A stretch of 64,000 bases of DNA from Candidatus Bathyarchaeia archaeon. GTDB lineage: Archaea; Thermoproteota; Bathyarchaeia; Bathyarchaeales; Bathycorpusculaceae. Positions within the stretch are counted from its first letter, which is position 1. Each line of letters begins with the position of its first letter. This document shows, piece by piece, positions 19,422 through 29,000 of this stretch. The stretch lies in the NCBI GenBank assembly GCA_038883775.1, contig JAVZLM010000007.1:90589-154588 (forward strand), read 5' to 3'. Below the pieces are notes generated by a model that did no database searches, had not been told where the DNA came from, and was given only the letters and a program-made list of their open reading frames with translations. The position numbers and the translations under genes are program-made.

Positions 19422-20018
19422 TCACCCTTCCTCTTCTTCTAACTCCACTCTACACTCTTCACAGACAAATTCTCCATTAACCTCTTTTAAATCTTCAGAC
19501 CATCCGCCACAGCGGTCACAATAACCAGCAAGTGGAGTAGATTCTTCAGCGCTTTCTTGAGCCCTGTTTTCGCCTTCTATAAGTGCCCGCTCTTGGATAG
19601 TTTCCACAAGTTCGGGCATAACTGCCAAAATGTCTTTGCTTGAAACCAACCCAATAAGCTGCCCCTTATAAACGACTCCTAACCTTCTTATGTTTAAACG
19701 GCTCATTCTTCTTGCTGCCTCATTAATTGTTTCATGAGGCTCTATGGTGATTAAGGGCGAGGTCATAACCTCTTTTGTTTGGATAGAGTCTGGCTTAACA
19801 TTTTTAGCTAAAACTCTGGCAACCAAATCTCTTTCAGTTATTATCCCTAACGGTTTTCCTTCCTTGTTCGTCACTATTATACAGCCCAATCCATGCTTTT
19901 CCATCAATTCTGCAGCCTTGTTAACAGGCGCGTCTTCTTCTATGGTTATAACTGGACTGCTCATGACATCTCTTACCAGCATCCTCGACCTTAATCCAAT
20001 TTCAGCCATTCTTTTCAA
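19422..20018 (-). CDS. CBS pair protein with C-terminal Zn ribbon
   Basis: VRDVMSSPVIT and GIITERD motifs; GYCDRC...VCEEC. Confidence 0.92.
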   Translation of the reverse strand: MKRMAEIGLRSRMLVRDVMSSPVITIEEDAPVNKAAELMEKHGLGCIIVTNKEGKPLGIITERDLVARVLAKNVKPDSIQTKEVMTSPLITIEPHETINEAARRMSRLNIRRLGVVYKGQLIGLVSSKDILAVMPELVETIQERALIEGENRAQESAEESTPLAGYCDRCGGWSEDLKEVNGEFVCEECRVELEEEEG

Positions 20019-20161
20019 CCACTGGGAAACCTTGCCCTTTTTAGTTTAAGCTTCACTCAACTCAAAATAAACAACATGCTTTTAAAACTTGCCGTGTCAC
20101 ATGAAAAACTAATTAAGATGTTTTACTAAAAGGTTCAGTCTAAAATAAGGAGGAATAATAA

Positions 20162-21052
20162 ACGTTAAAAATAAATGTTGAAAAATTGGTGAAATTATCT
20201 GTTGTAGGCGAAGTTACAAGTCCAGTTTATGGAAGAGACATCTATAGAGTTTCTGCCCAAGGAATTCCCATGGTTTTGCCAGGCGTCGGCGGAATCACAT
20301 ACAACGTGCGCGTAGGCGACCCAGCTTGCGGATGGGAGGCAGACCATGTTGAACCAGGCGTAAGCTTAGAAAATAAAGAAAACGACCCCCGTTATGGACA
20401 AGGTGCAAACATTGCTTTTAATGTACTTTCATGTGTTGGAAACGAAGCAGTTGTGGTTGGAGGCGAAGCTAAGGGCGCAAAAGGAGTCGTAACTGGAAAG
20501 CATGGCGGAATAGAGCATGTCCTCGTGGATTTTCAGCCTGAAACCCTTGAAAAACTCATGTTAGGCGACAAAGTTCTCGTTAAAGCTTTCGGCGTAGGCT
20601 TAAAACTTTTAGACTTTCCAGAAGTGAAGGTTATGAATATGGACCCACGTTTTCTCGAAGCTTTAGACCCCAAACCCAACGGCGACAAATTGGAGGTCCC
20701 TGTTACGCACGTGATTCCGGCGGCTATAATGGGTTCAGGTTTAGGAGCAAACCAAACATATTCTGGGGATTATGACATTCAACTCTTCGATGAAGAAACT
20801 CGGAAGGAGTATGGACTTGACGACTTGAGACTTGGAGATTTGGTGGCAATCCTTGATGCAGACCACTCTTATGGGCGAATATACAAGAAAGGTGCTGTTT
20901 CAGTTGGCATTGTTGTCCACACAAACTGCGTCACCTCTGGCCATGGACCTGGAGTTACAACTCTCTTCACGTCTTCAACTGGAAAGATTATTCCAAAAAT
21001 TGATGCAAAGGCTAACATTGCTTCGATTTTAAAGTTGAGGACAGATATATAA
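20162..21052 (+). CDS. DUF4438 family protein
   Basis: LPGVGGITYNVRVGD, ADHVEPGVS, GKHGGIEHV and GHGPGVT motifs. The caller starts at TTG 20186; an in-frame ACG at 20162 follows an AAGGAGG SD. Confidence 0.8.
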   Translation, partial: TLKINVEKLVKLSVVGEVTSPVYGRDIYRVSAQGIPMVLPGVGGITYNVRVGDPACGWEADHVEPGVSLENKENDPRYGQGANIAFNVLSCVGNEAVVVGGEAKGAKGVVTGKHGGIEHVLVDFQPETLEKLMLGDKVLVKAFGVGLKLLDFPEVKVMNMDPRFLEALDPKPNGDKLEVPVTHVIPAAIMGSGLGANQTYSGDYDIQLFDEETRKEYGLDDLRLGDLVAILDADHSYGRIYKKGAVSVGIVVHTNCVTSGHGPGVTTLFTSSTGKIIPKIDAKANIASILKLRTDI

Positions 21053-21096
21053 GGTGGCTTCGCCTTATTGTTGTTGGCATTTGAGGAGTAGAGAAT

Positions 21097-21390
21097 TTGC
21101 CTTATAAAAGAAAAAGTCGCGGACGTTCGAAAGGCGGCAAAGGTCTTAGTGGTGCTGTTCAATGTGCCATGTGTGGACAGCTTGTTCCCAGAGACAAAGC
21201 CAAAAAGGTTACTCGAAGGCTTTCTTTTGTTGACCCAGCCCTAGCAAAGGAGCTCCGCCAAAAGGGCACCTATATTGCTGCTCCCTTGGAAACAAAATAT
21301 TATTGTATCTCATGCGCTGTGCATCGTGGTATTGTGAAGGTTAGGGCTCGGGAGGAAAGGCGCAGCCGTTTACGCCCCAGAAAATTTTAA
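21097..21390 (+). CDS. rps26e: 30S ribosomal protein S26e
   Basis: KRKSRGR, CAMCG..VPRDKA and YCISCAVH motifs. Confidence 0.95.
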   Translation: MPYKRKSRGRSKGGKGLSGAVQCAMCGQLVPRDKAKKVTRRLSFVDPALAKELRQKGTYIAAPLETKYYCISCAVHRGIVKVRAREERRSRLRPRKF

Positions 21391-21984
21391 TTTTTTATAA
21401 ACATGCAAACTTCTCTGCAATACCGTTAGATTCGAGAGGATTGCAAGTAAAATTATGCCAGCATTCATTATCTCTTGTGTTTGTGACTGCCAAAGGAAGG
21501 CTATCAGGGTTGTAATGGCCAATATTATTATGCGTTCAGCCCTTTCAGCCAGTCCTACCGACTCCATCTTTATTTCAGCTGCCTCCGCCCTTGCACGAGT
21601 ATAACTTACCAATAAAGAGCCTATTAGGGCTATCAAACCCCAGAGGGAGGCACATAATCCACCCAAAATTATTCCCATATAAACTATGGCGTCGGCATAC
21701 CTATCCAATAAAGAGTCTAAAAAGCCGCCAAAAGGCGTTGTTTTTTGGTATGTTCTGGCTATTATGCCATCTAATGCATCGCAAAAGCCTGAAAGCAAAA
21801 GGAGGACTGTGGCGAGGAAGAGGTAAAGCGTGTTTGTTTGCCATTGCATATATGCCATTGCTGAGAGGAAGGCTAAGATTATGCCAACGAGGCTGATCAT
21901 GTTAGGCGTTAAGCCTATCTTATGTGCTGCTTCTGCCTCAGCAAGAAGCATTTTTTGAAATTTTTCTTTGAGTTTCGTAAGCAT
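21370..21984 (-). CDS. CDP-alcohol phosphatidyltransferase (archaetidylinositol phosphate synthase-like)
   Basis: DALDGIIAR...GGFLDSLLDRYAD signature; VSYTRARAEA and ERAER motifs. Confidence 0.92.
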   Translation of the reverse strand: MLTKLKEKFQKMLLAEAEAAHKIGLTPNMISLVGIILAFLSAMAYMQWQTNTLYLFLATVLLLLSGFCDALDGIIARTYQKTTPFGGFLDSLLDRYADAIVYMGIILGGLCASLWGLIALIGSLLVSYTRARAEAAEIKMESVGLAERAERIIILAITTLIAFLWQSQTQEIMNAGIILLAILSNLTVLQRSLHVYKKLKFSGA

Positions 21985-22067
21985 ATGAACATCGCCGTTT
22001 ATTTTAGGGAGCGATTGTTATTTAAGCATGTGAAGATAAATTTGTTTAACAAAAGAGGTGTTTCGTT

Positions 22068-22361
22068 ATGATAAATGTGACATCCTTAAAGGTTAACGAC
22101 AGAGCATGTTTGGGTTTGCGTGTTGAACTTCCAGATTCGCCGCCGCTTTTAGTTATCATAGCAGATAGGGGGTTTGTCATGTGCGGGTTTTTGAACATGG
22201 ATGTTGCTGAACGTTTGGGCGTGGCTGCTGCTATGGTTAGTGGCGTTAAAACCTTTGACGACGTTTTGAATACAAGTGTTAAAGCTGTGACAAGTAAAGC
22301 TGAAATGTTTGGCGTTAAAGTTGGAATGAAAGGCGCAGAAGCTTTAAAACTTATGCTTTAA
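22068..22361 (+). CDS. DUF1805/YunC family protein
   Basis: GFVMCGFLN, AAMVSGVKTFDDVL and GVKVGMKGAEAL motifs. Confidence 0.88.
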   Translation: MINVTSLKVNDRACLGLRVELPDSPPLLVIIADRGFVMCGFLNMDVAERLGVAAAMVSGVKTFDDVLNTSVKAVTSKAEMFGVKVGMKGAEALKLML

Positions 22362-22404
22362 AATGTTTCAAAGCAAACTGACGCTTTAGTGTTTTCTATG
22401 TTCG

Positions 22405-22451
22405 TTTGGCTTTAAAATCAACCAATACGAACCCTACCCTCTAGTTTTTCA
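22405..22451 (+). repeat. Dispersed intergenic repeat, copy 2
   Basis: TTTGGCTTTAAAATCAACCAATACGAACCCTACCCTCTAGTTTTTCA; matches the reverse complement of 3382..3430. Confidence 0.85.
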
Positions 22452-22494
22452 CTAAAATAGATTAAATAAATGGGTTGTTATTTTGTAATAGTTT

Positions 22495-22990
22495 ATGATA
22501 TCCAAAGATGAAGCTTTGAGGCTTATTGAGGGTAGGAGCAAGTATTCTCATGCTTTGATAGTTTCTTGTATGATGAAATAGTTGGCAAAGGAGAGGTGAA
22601 TGTTGGTTGGGCTATTGCATGATTTGGATTATGACATGGTTAGAAATGACATGAGGATGCATGGTGTTGTTGCTGCTTAATGTTGAAAGGAAAGCTACAA
22701 AAGAATGCGTTTACGCCATTAAGGTTCATGATTACAGAAGCGGAATTAAACCAAAAAGCAAGCTTGACAAGGCATTGATAGCAACAGATTCGCTGGCAAG
22801 TCTAATGGAGAAAATGGGAATAGAAGTTGAAAAATTAAGTGTGGAAAAGCTGCGAGCAGAGTTAGAAAATGTTTCCGCAACTAGCCCATGGTACAAAAGT
22901 AATGTGTTAAAATGTGAAGAATTTGGGCTGAGAATAGATGATTTCTTACGGTTATGCTTAAACTCTATAAAGAAAGGAAAAGATGGATAA
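22495..22990 (+). pseudogene. HD-domain hydrolase (COG2316-like) pseudogene
   Basis: MISKDEALRLI..HAL..K*LAKER*MLVGLLHDLDY..HGVVAA*, then a frameshift to AIKVH...ALIATD. Stops at 22579 (TAG), 22597 (TGA) and 22678 (TAA). Confidence 0.85.
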
Positions 22991-22996
22991 TGCGGA

Positions 22997-24214
22997 TTAT
23001 TTGTAGGGTATGTATTCTTTGCCCAAAAGTTCTCTGGCTATGACTATTCTTTGAATGTTTGTGGCACCTTCTGCTCCGACGCAGTAGGACATTATTCCGC
23101 GTAATCCCATTTCCAATGGGCATTCTTTGGTATAGCCGTAAGCGCCAAGCCAAATCATAGCGTGCTTGAAAACGTCAAATGCGAAATGTGGAGCCATCAG
23201 TTTGCATGCAGCTATCATTTTGCTAACTTCTAAGGGTGAGAATTTGCCTTCTTTGTACTTTTTGTCGTTCATCCACGCGGTTCGATAAACGAGTGAACGC
23301 AGAGCCTCAAGTTGCGCCCAGTCATCCGCCAATTCAAACTGTATTCCCTCAAACTTGCCGATGGGTCTGCCGAAAGCCCTCCGCTCCTTAATATAATCCA
23401 TACCAATTTCAAGCGCTCTTTTTGCAGCTCCAACACAAACTGCAGCTATCAGTATTCGTGCATTGTCAAAGCCTTCCATAGTTAAATAGAAGCCCTTATC
23501 CACCTCGCCAATGCGGTAAGAGTCGGGTATCCTAACATTTTTCATCATAAAACCGCCCGTGGAAATCGCCATACGCCCCATATCATCAAAGCGTTTGTTA
23601 ATTTCAACTCCAAGCGCATTTATTGGCAAGTAAAAACCAGTCATTCCACGGTGGGGCGCTTCTGGTGGCGCAGGCGAAGTTCTAGCGATGACGAAGTAGC
23701 CTCCGCCGAGTTTTTTGGCTTCTTCGGTTCCGCTGATATACATTTTCTCTCCATTCAAAACCCAATCGTTTCCTTCTTTACGGGCTGTGGATTTGAAGGC
23801 GGCAACATCGGAGCCTCCGCCAGACTCTGTGGAGGCAATACCGATGAAGGCTTCACCTTTTATTGCTGGACGGATAACTGCTTCACGAACTTCTTCTGTA
23901 CAGTATCTGTCAACAACAAAACCCCAGGAGGATTCCACAAGCCAAAAAACTGGAATTGCAATGCTGATATCAGCATAACCCAACTCTTCTCCAGCAATGC
24001 ATGCAGTAACCCAGTCAGCGCCAGTCCCACCATGCTCTTGCGGTGCAGTCATAACAAGCAAGCCCAAATCAGCCATCTGTTTTATTATTTCCTTTGGAAT
24101 CTCGCCGTTTTTGTCAAATTCTCGGATTTTTTCTAGTGGTAAACTCTTTTGGCACCATTCTTTTAGGGCGTTGCGAAAGAGTTCTTGTTCTTCTGTGAAA
24201 GCGAAATCTACCAT
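22997..24214 (-). CDS. Acyl-CoA dehydrogenase
   Basis: STESGGGSD, LNGEKMYIS, RRAFGRPIGKFEGIQF, GAYGY and EGATNIQRIVI motifs. Confidence 0.95.
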   Translation of the reverse strand: MVDFAFTEEQELFRNALKEWCQKSLPLEKIREFDKNGEIPKEIIKQMADLGLLVMTAPQEHGGTGADWVTACIAGEELGYADISIAIPVFWLVESSWGFVVDRYCTEEVREAVIRPAIKGEAFIGIASTESGGGSDVAAFKSTARKEGNDWVLNGEKMYISGTEEAKKLGGGYFVIARTSPAPPEAPHRGMTGFYLPINALGVEINKRFDDMGRMAISTGGFMMKNVRIPDSYRIGEVDKGFYLTMEGFDNARILIAAVCVGAAKRALEIGMDYIKERRAFGRPIGKFEGIQFELADDWAQLEALRSLVYRTAWMNDKKYKEGKFSPLEVSKMIAACKLMAPHFAFDVFKHAMIWLGAYGYTKECPLEMGLRGIMSYCVGAEGATNIQRIVIARELLGKEYIPYK

Positions 24215-24298
24215 AAACTTTCACCTTGAAGCCTAACTACTAAAGTGGAATATAAAAGAGTTGTTCAGCTTTTCAGCAAAATTTTTGTTAAGAATTGG

Positions 24299-24559
24299 TT
24301 AACGCGTACCTATATACCAAGTGCACCGTTTCTTTCTTTCTTTACACCCAAGTTTTAAAATGGCTTTTCCATAACAGTTTTCAGTGTACCAGCCAAAAAG
24401 TGGGCATGAAACCCATATTGAACCATCCGCATATTCGATTACTTTGATGTTGTGCACCATGTGATTATTGCATTTAAATGGTCTAACCCCTACTATGTGG
24501 AATTTTTCGTTGGTTTTCTGAAGGTTTAGCGTTTCTAGTTGTCCCACTTCTACCACCAA
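24299..24559 (-). CDS. Small Cys/His-rich hypothetical protein
   Basis: ORF fills the intergenic space on the same strand as its neighbours and has 5 Cys; start uncertain. Confidence 0.5.
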   Translation of the reverse strand: MVVEVGQLETLNLQKTNEKFHIVGVRPFKCNNHMVHNIKVIEYADGSIWVSCPLFGWYTENCYGKAILKLGCKERKKRCTWYIGTR

Positions 24560-24603
24560 AAGTATTTAGATTGTTTTGAGTGATATATTCCATTTGCATA
24601 TAT

Positions 24604-24622
24604 AGTATTTACCAAAAATACT
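24604..24622. promoter_or_regulatory. Perfect 7-5-7 inverted repeat, possible operator
   Basis: AGTATTT-ACCAA-AAATACT, with an extra half-site AGTATTT at 24561. Confidence 0.4.
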
Positions 24623-24657
24623 TTAGCGCATAAATAATTTACAATTCGCTTAAAAAA

Positions 24658-25533
24658 CTACCTTAGAACCAGCGGCAAAAGTTTTTCAACAGGACTTTGG
24701 TTCAAATGCAAACCAAGCTTCTCCACCCCAATGTTTAGGGCTAAGCCTAGCAACTGCGTATAATATATTACGGGCAAGCCAAGTTTTGTCCCAACAACAG
24801 TTTGGGCATCCTTCTGTTTAGCGTCAAACATCAAACCACAATCTGGACAAGAAACAACCAAACCATTCACAGCCAAATTCTGTAAAGCCTTAATTTTTGC
24901 GCCAGCCAAAGAAAGGGCAGAGTCTGGATGACTATGCATTAAGGCGGCACCACAACAGTCCAATTTTTCAGCATAATCCACGGTTTCTACTCCCAAAATG
25001 CGCACAAGCTCATCCAACTTCCTAGGGTTTTCCGAATAATCAACTCTACCCAAGTCGGTGTAACGGATAATTTGGCAACCAACATGTGTGGCAAATTTTA
25101 AACCATTAAGGGGCTTCTGTACCGTCACTTTGATATTGTCTAAGCCAAGAAAATCATGTAGAAAGTCGATTAAATGCCAAATTTTGATATAAGGATTAAG
25201 TTGTAAACCTTCCTCATGCAATAAATCAATAATTTTATTGCCGATTTTTTCATTTTTGCTTATGGCAGCCTTTGCTTCAGAAATTGCGAAGTGGCAACGG
25301 TTACATGGAACAAGCAGATTTTCTAAGCCAGTTTTGTTTGTTAAGGCTAAAATTCTCGCTGCCAAATAATTTGCCGCTGAATCGTTCACGCTTTTAACAG
25401 GGTCTCCACAGCAGTTGGTTTCAGGCAAATCCACAAGTTCAACATTTAGCCTTGGGAAAACTTCTCTCATTGACATTTCATAAGCGTATTGGCTTGTTAA
25501 TATTCGACAACCCCAGAAAACTGCAACTTTCAT
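24658..25533 (-). CDS. hdrB: Heterodisulfide reductase subunit B
   Basis: Two CCG domains: FWGC..CCG..PCNRC and HVGC..CCG..SCPDC. Confidence 0.95.
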   Translation of the reverse strand: MKVAVFWGCRILTSQYAYEMSMREVFPRLNVELVDLPETNCCGDPVKSVNDSAANYLAARILALTNKTGLENLLVPCNRCHFAISEAKAAISKNEKIGNKIIDLLHEEGLQLNPYIKIWHLIDFLHDFLGLDNIKVTVQKPLNGLKFATHVGCQIIRYTDLGRVDYSENPRKLDELVRILGVETVDYAEKLDCCGAALMHSHPDSALSLAGAKIKALQNLAVNGLVVSCPDCGLMFDAKQKDAQTVVGTKLGLPVIYYTQLLGLALNIGVEKLGLHLNQSPVEKLLPLVLR

Positions 25534-25534
25534 T

Positions 25535-26044
25535 CTATTTTTCCTCCAGCATTTTCATAAAAGCAGATTGAAAACTTTCTTTGGGTTGAGTAATCTTTGG
25601 CATTTTTAGGCTTTCACGGTCGAAGGTCTCCATCTTTTTCGTCACAACTTTTTGAACAGTTTCCGCTAAACCAGTTTCAAGAATTTGCGAAACAGCTTTC
25701 AAATATCCTTCTGGTACTTTGACTTCTCTTTCAACTGCAAGATTTCGCAAAGCAACAATCACATGATAGGGAGAAGCTTTTTGGGGGCATCGTTCAACAC
25801 ATTTTAGGCATGTAACACAAGTCCAAATTATATCCGAAGAAGCCAACTCATCAACAAAACCCAAGTTAACAAGTTTCATAATCTCATGAGGTTTTAACTC
25901 CAAAAGTTTTAGGGCTGTGCATCCGCTTGTGCACTTCATACACTGAAAACAATTAACAAGCTCTCCTTTGCCAAGTTTTGACGAGATTTTTTCACGAGCT
26001 TCTGCATTTGATTTAGCCATAGACATTAAATCGGTTAAACCCAA
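25535..26044 (-). CDS. hdrC: Heterodisulfide reductase subunit C
   Basis: CFQCMKCTSGC and WTCVTCLKCVERCP. The likely start is TTG 26044 after GGAGGTGG (caller extends to 26080). Confidence 0.93.
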   Translation of the reverse strand: MGLTDLMSMAKSNAEAREKISSKLGKGELVNCFQCMKCTSGCTALKLLELKPHEIMKLVNLGFVDELASSDIIWTCVTCLKCVERCPQKASPYHVIVALRNLAVEREVKVPEGYLKAVSQILETGLAETVQKVVTKKMETFDRESLKMPKITQPKESFQSAFMKMLEEK

Positions 26045-26046
26045 AT

Positions 26047-29000
26047 TTAGCCACCTCCAAAGGCTTCTGTTTCTAAACATGCAGCCTTAATTTGCGCAAG
26101 AAACTGCTCATCTGTGTAATGGCGCATTTTAATAGCCTTGGTTGGACAAGCAGAAACGCATAAACCACAGCCTTGACACATGGCTTCTACAACCTCAGCC
26201 CTGATCCTTCCGGCACCATCTGAGCTTTCGGTTTTTAATTCTATGGCGACAAATGGGCATATTGCCTCACAAAGGCGACAACCACTACACAAGTCTTCGT
26301 CTACAACTGCTTTCAATGGTTCAAGCTCGATTTCCCCACTTGCCAAAAGGTCTATGGCTTTTGCTGCTGCCCCACTTGCTTGAGCCACAGTATCCGGAAT
26401 ATCTTTTGGACCTTGGCATGTGCCAGCAATGAAAATTCCAGTTATTGCACTTTCCAGAGGGCGCAGTTTTGGATGAGCTTCTAATAGGAAGCCGTCGGCG
26501 CTTCTTGAAACATGGAATATGCTACTTATTTTTCCCAAGTCGCTGTTTGGAACGAGACCACTGGCAAGCACAACAAGATCTGAACGCAGTTCGAAGAGTT
26601 TGTTTGTTCCCTTATCATAAACGTCAAAGTAAAGCGAACCATCAGATGCGCAGCGAATTTCGGAAGGTAAACCAGCAACGAAGTTTATGCCCATTTCTCT
26701 TGCTCGCCCATAAAACTCGTCATAACCCTTGCCAAAAGCTCGCATGTCATTAAAACAAACATAAATGTCCACTTCCTTGCCGAGTTTTTCTCGAGTGAGT
26801 ATTGCTTGTTTTAATGTTGCCATACAGCCGATACGACAACAGTATTCGTGAAACCTAGAGTCCCTCGAACCCACGCATTGGATAAACGCGACGGTTTTTG
26901 GCGTTTTACCGTTTTGGGGGCAAAGGATTTTTCCGTTAGTTGGTCCAGAAGCATTGCATAGTCTTTCAAATTGGAGGTTTGTGATTATGTTTTTTGATTT
27001 CCCAAAGCTGTATTCTTGGATTTTTGAGGCATCAAAAAGTTCGCTTCCAGTAGCAATTATTATCGCACCAACCTTAACGTTTATCCTTTGAGGCTTTTGT
27101 TTGTGGTTTAGCGCCTTTGCTTCGCATACTTTTTCGCATTCTAAACATTCAGAGCAACCACCACAAGCAAGACAACGCTTAGCTTCTTCAATAGCCATTT
27201 CTTCACTAAAGCCCAACTCAACCTCGTCAAAACTTCTAATTCTCTCTTCAATAGGCAGAAGAGGCATAACTTGCCTTTTCCTCTTTTCTATGCCTACTTT
27301 CGGCGATATTTTAACTGGAGGCAGCCCTTTCTCTTCAACAGCTTTCAAGTCTTCGCCGCGCAAGTATTTGTGGATAGAAATTGCTGCCCTTTTTCCTGCT
27401 GCTACTGCTTCAATAACTGTGGCTGGACCTAAAACTGCGTCTCCGCCAGCAAATACGTAGGGGATATTTGTTTGAAGAGTTTGGGGATCAACCTCTATCG
27501 TGCCATGATTTAGCTTCAACCCATTTGGCAGAGAAGCCATATCCAAAGCTTGACCTATGGTTGTGATGACCGTATCCGCTGGGATTATGTGTTCTGAACC
27601 TTGAATGGGAACTGGTTTTCTCCTTCCCGTCTCATCTGGTTCTGTGAGCATCATTTCAAAACACTCAACAGCGACAACTTTGCCATTTTCGCCGATAATT
27701 CTTTTAGGTGCTTTGAGAAAGAGAAATTCGACACCTTCCTTCTCTGCCTGCTCAACTTCTGGTTGAAATGCTGGCATCTCTTCGCGTGATCTTCTATATA
27801 GAACGTAAACTTTTTTGGCTCCTAACCGCAACGCAACTCTAGAAACGTCAATGGCGACGTTTCCCCCGCCTACCACTACGACACGCTCTCCAACCTCAAC
27901 CTTTTTTCCCAAATTCACATTTTTTAGGAATTCAACACCTTGAAAAACGCCTTGAAATTCTTCCCCTTCAATGCCTAATGTTAAGCTTTTTTGCATGCCA
28001 ACAGCTAAGAAAACTGCCTTATACCACATTTTCTTCAAATCTTCAAAACTTAAATCTTTACCAATAGTTACATTGGTACGGATTTGAACACCTAAACTTT
28101 CCAAATATTCAATTTCTTTTGCCAAAATCTTTTTTGGAAGCCTATATTCAGGTATGCCTATTCTTAACATGCCGCCTGGTTCTGGCAAGGCCTCAAAAAC
28201 TGTTACTGAATAACCCATTTTTACTAGCTCATAGGCTGCAGTTAACCCCGCTGGACCAGAGCCTATCACTGCAATTTTTTCCTCATATTGCGGTTGGATT
28301 GGAGTTGGTTTTTCTTGAGGTTGTTTCATCATGTAATCTGCAACGAAACGTTTTAGGGCGCAGATTGCAATTGGTTCCTCAACATCGCTCCTCTCACAGT
28401 CATTCTCGCATGGGTGAAAACAAACTCTTCCCAACACAGCAGGGAATGGTATAGCTTTTCTAATCAACTCATAAGCTTCTTTAAATTTTCCCTTTGCTAT
28501 GAGGGCAACGTAGCCTTGAGCGTTTACGTCAGCTGGACAAGCGGCTCTGCATCGGGCTGTGCCCTTTTTATCTATCGTGTAAACGTTTGGAACTGCTTGG
28601 GGATAAGGTCTGTAAATTGCTTTTCTTTCGGCAAGCTTCAATTCAAACTCGTTCGGTAATGCGATTGGACATACTTTTTCACATTCGCCACAACCTGTAC
28701 ATTTAGCTTCATCCACATATCTCGGGTTTTTTACGATAGAGACCTCGTAGTTACCAACAAAACCTGATACGTTTTCCACTTCCGCACAAGTTATCAATTG
28801 TATATTTGGATGCCTTGCCACTTCGGTCATTTTTGGCGTTAATATGCATGCACTACAATCAAGGGTTGGAAATGTCTTGTCAAGTAAAGCCATTTTTCCA
28901 CCTATGCTTGGAGACCTCTCCACCAAAAAGACCTTCAAGCCCGCATTGGCTAAATCTAGTGCCGCTTGAATTCCCGCTATTCCACCGCCCAAAACTAGAA

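Noticed and set aside
22579-22680. In-frame TAG/TGA in the HD gene as pyrrolysine/selenocysteine or recoding
   Set aside because: All three stop types and a frameshift occur together, and other genes end normally at TAG and TGA. This is decay.
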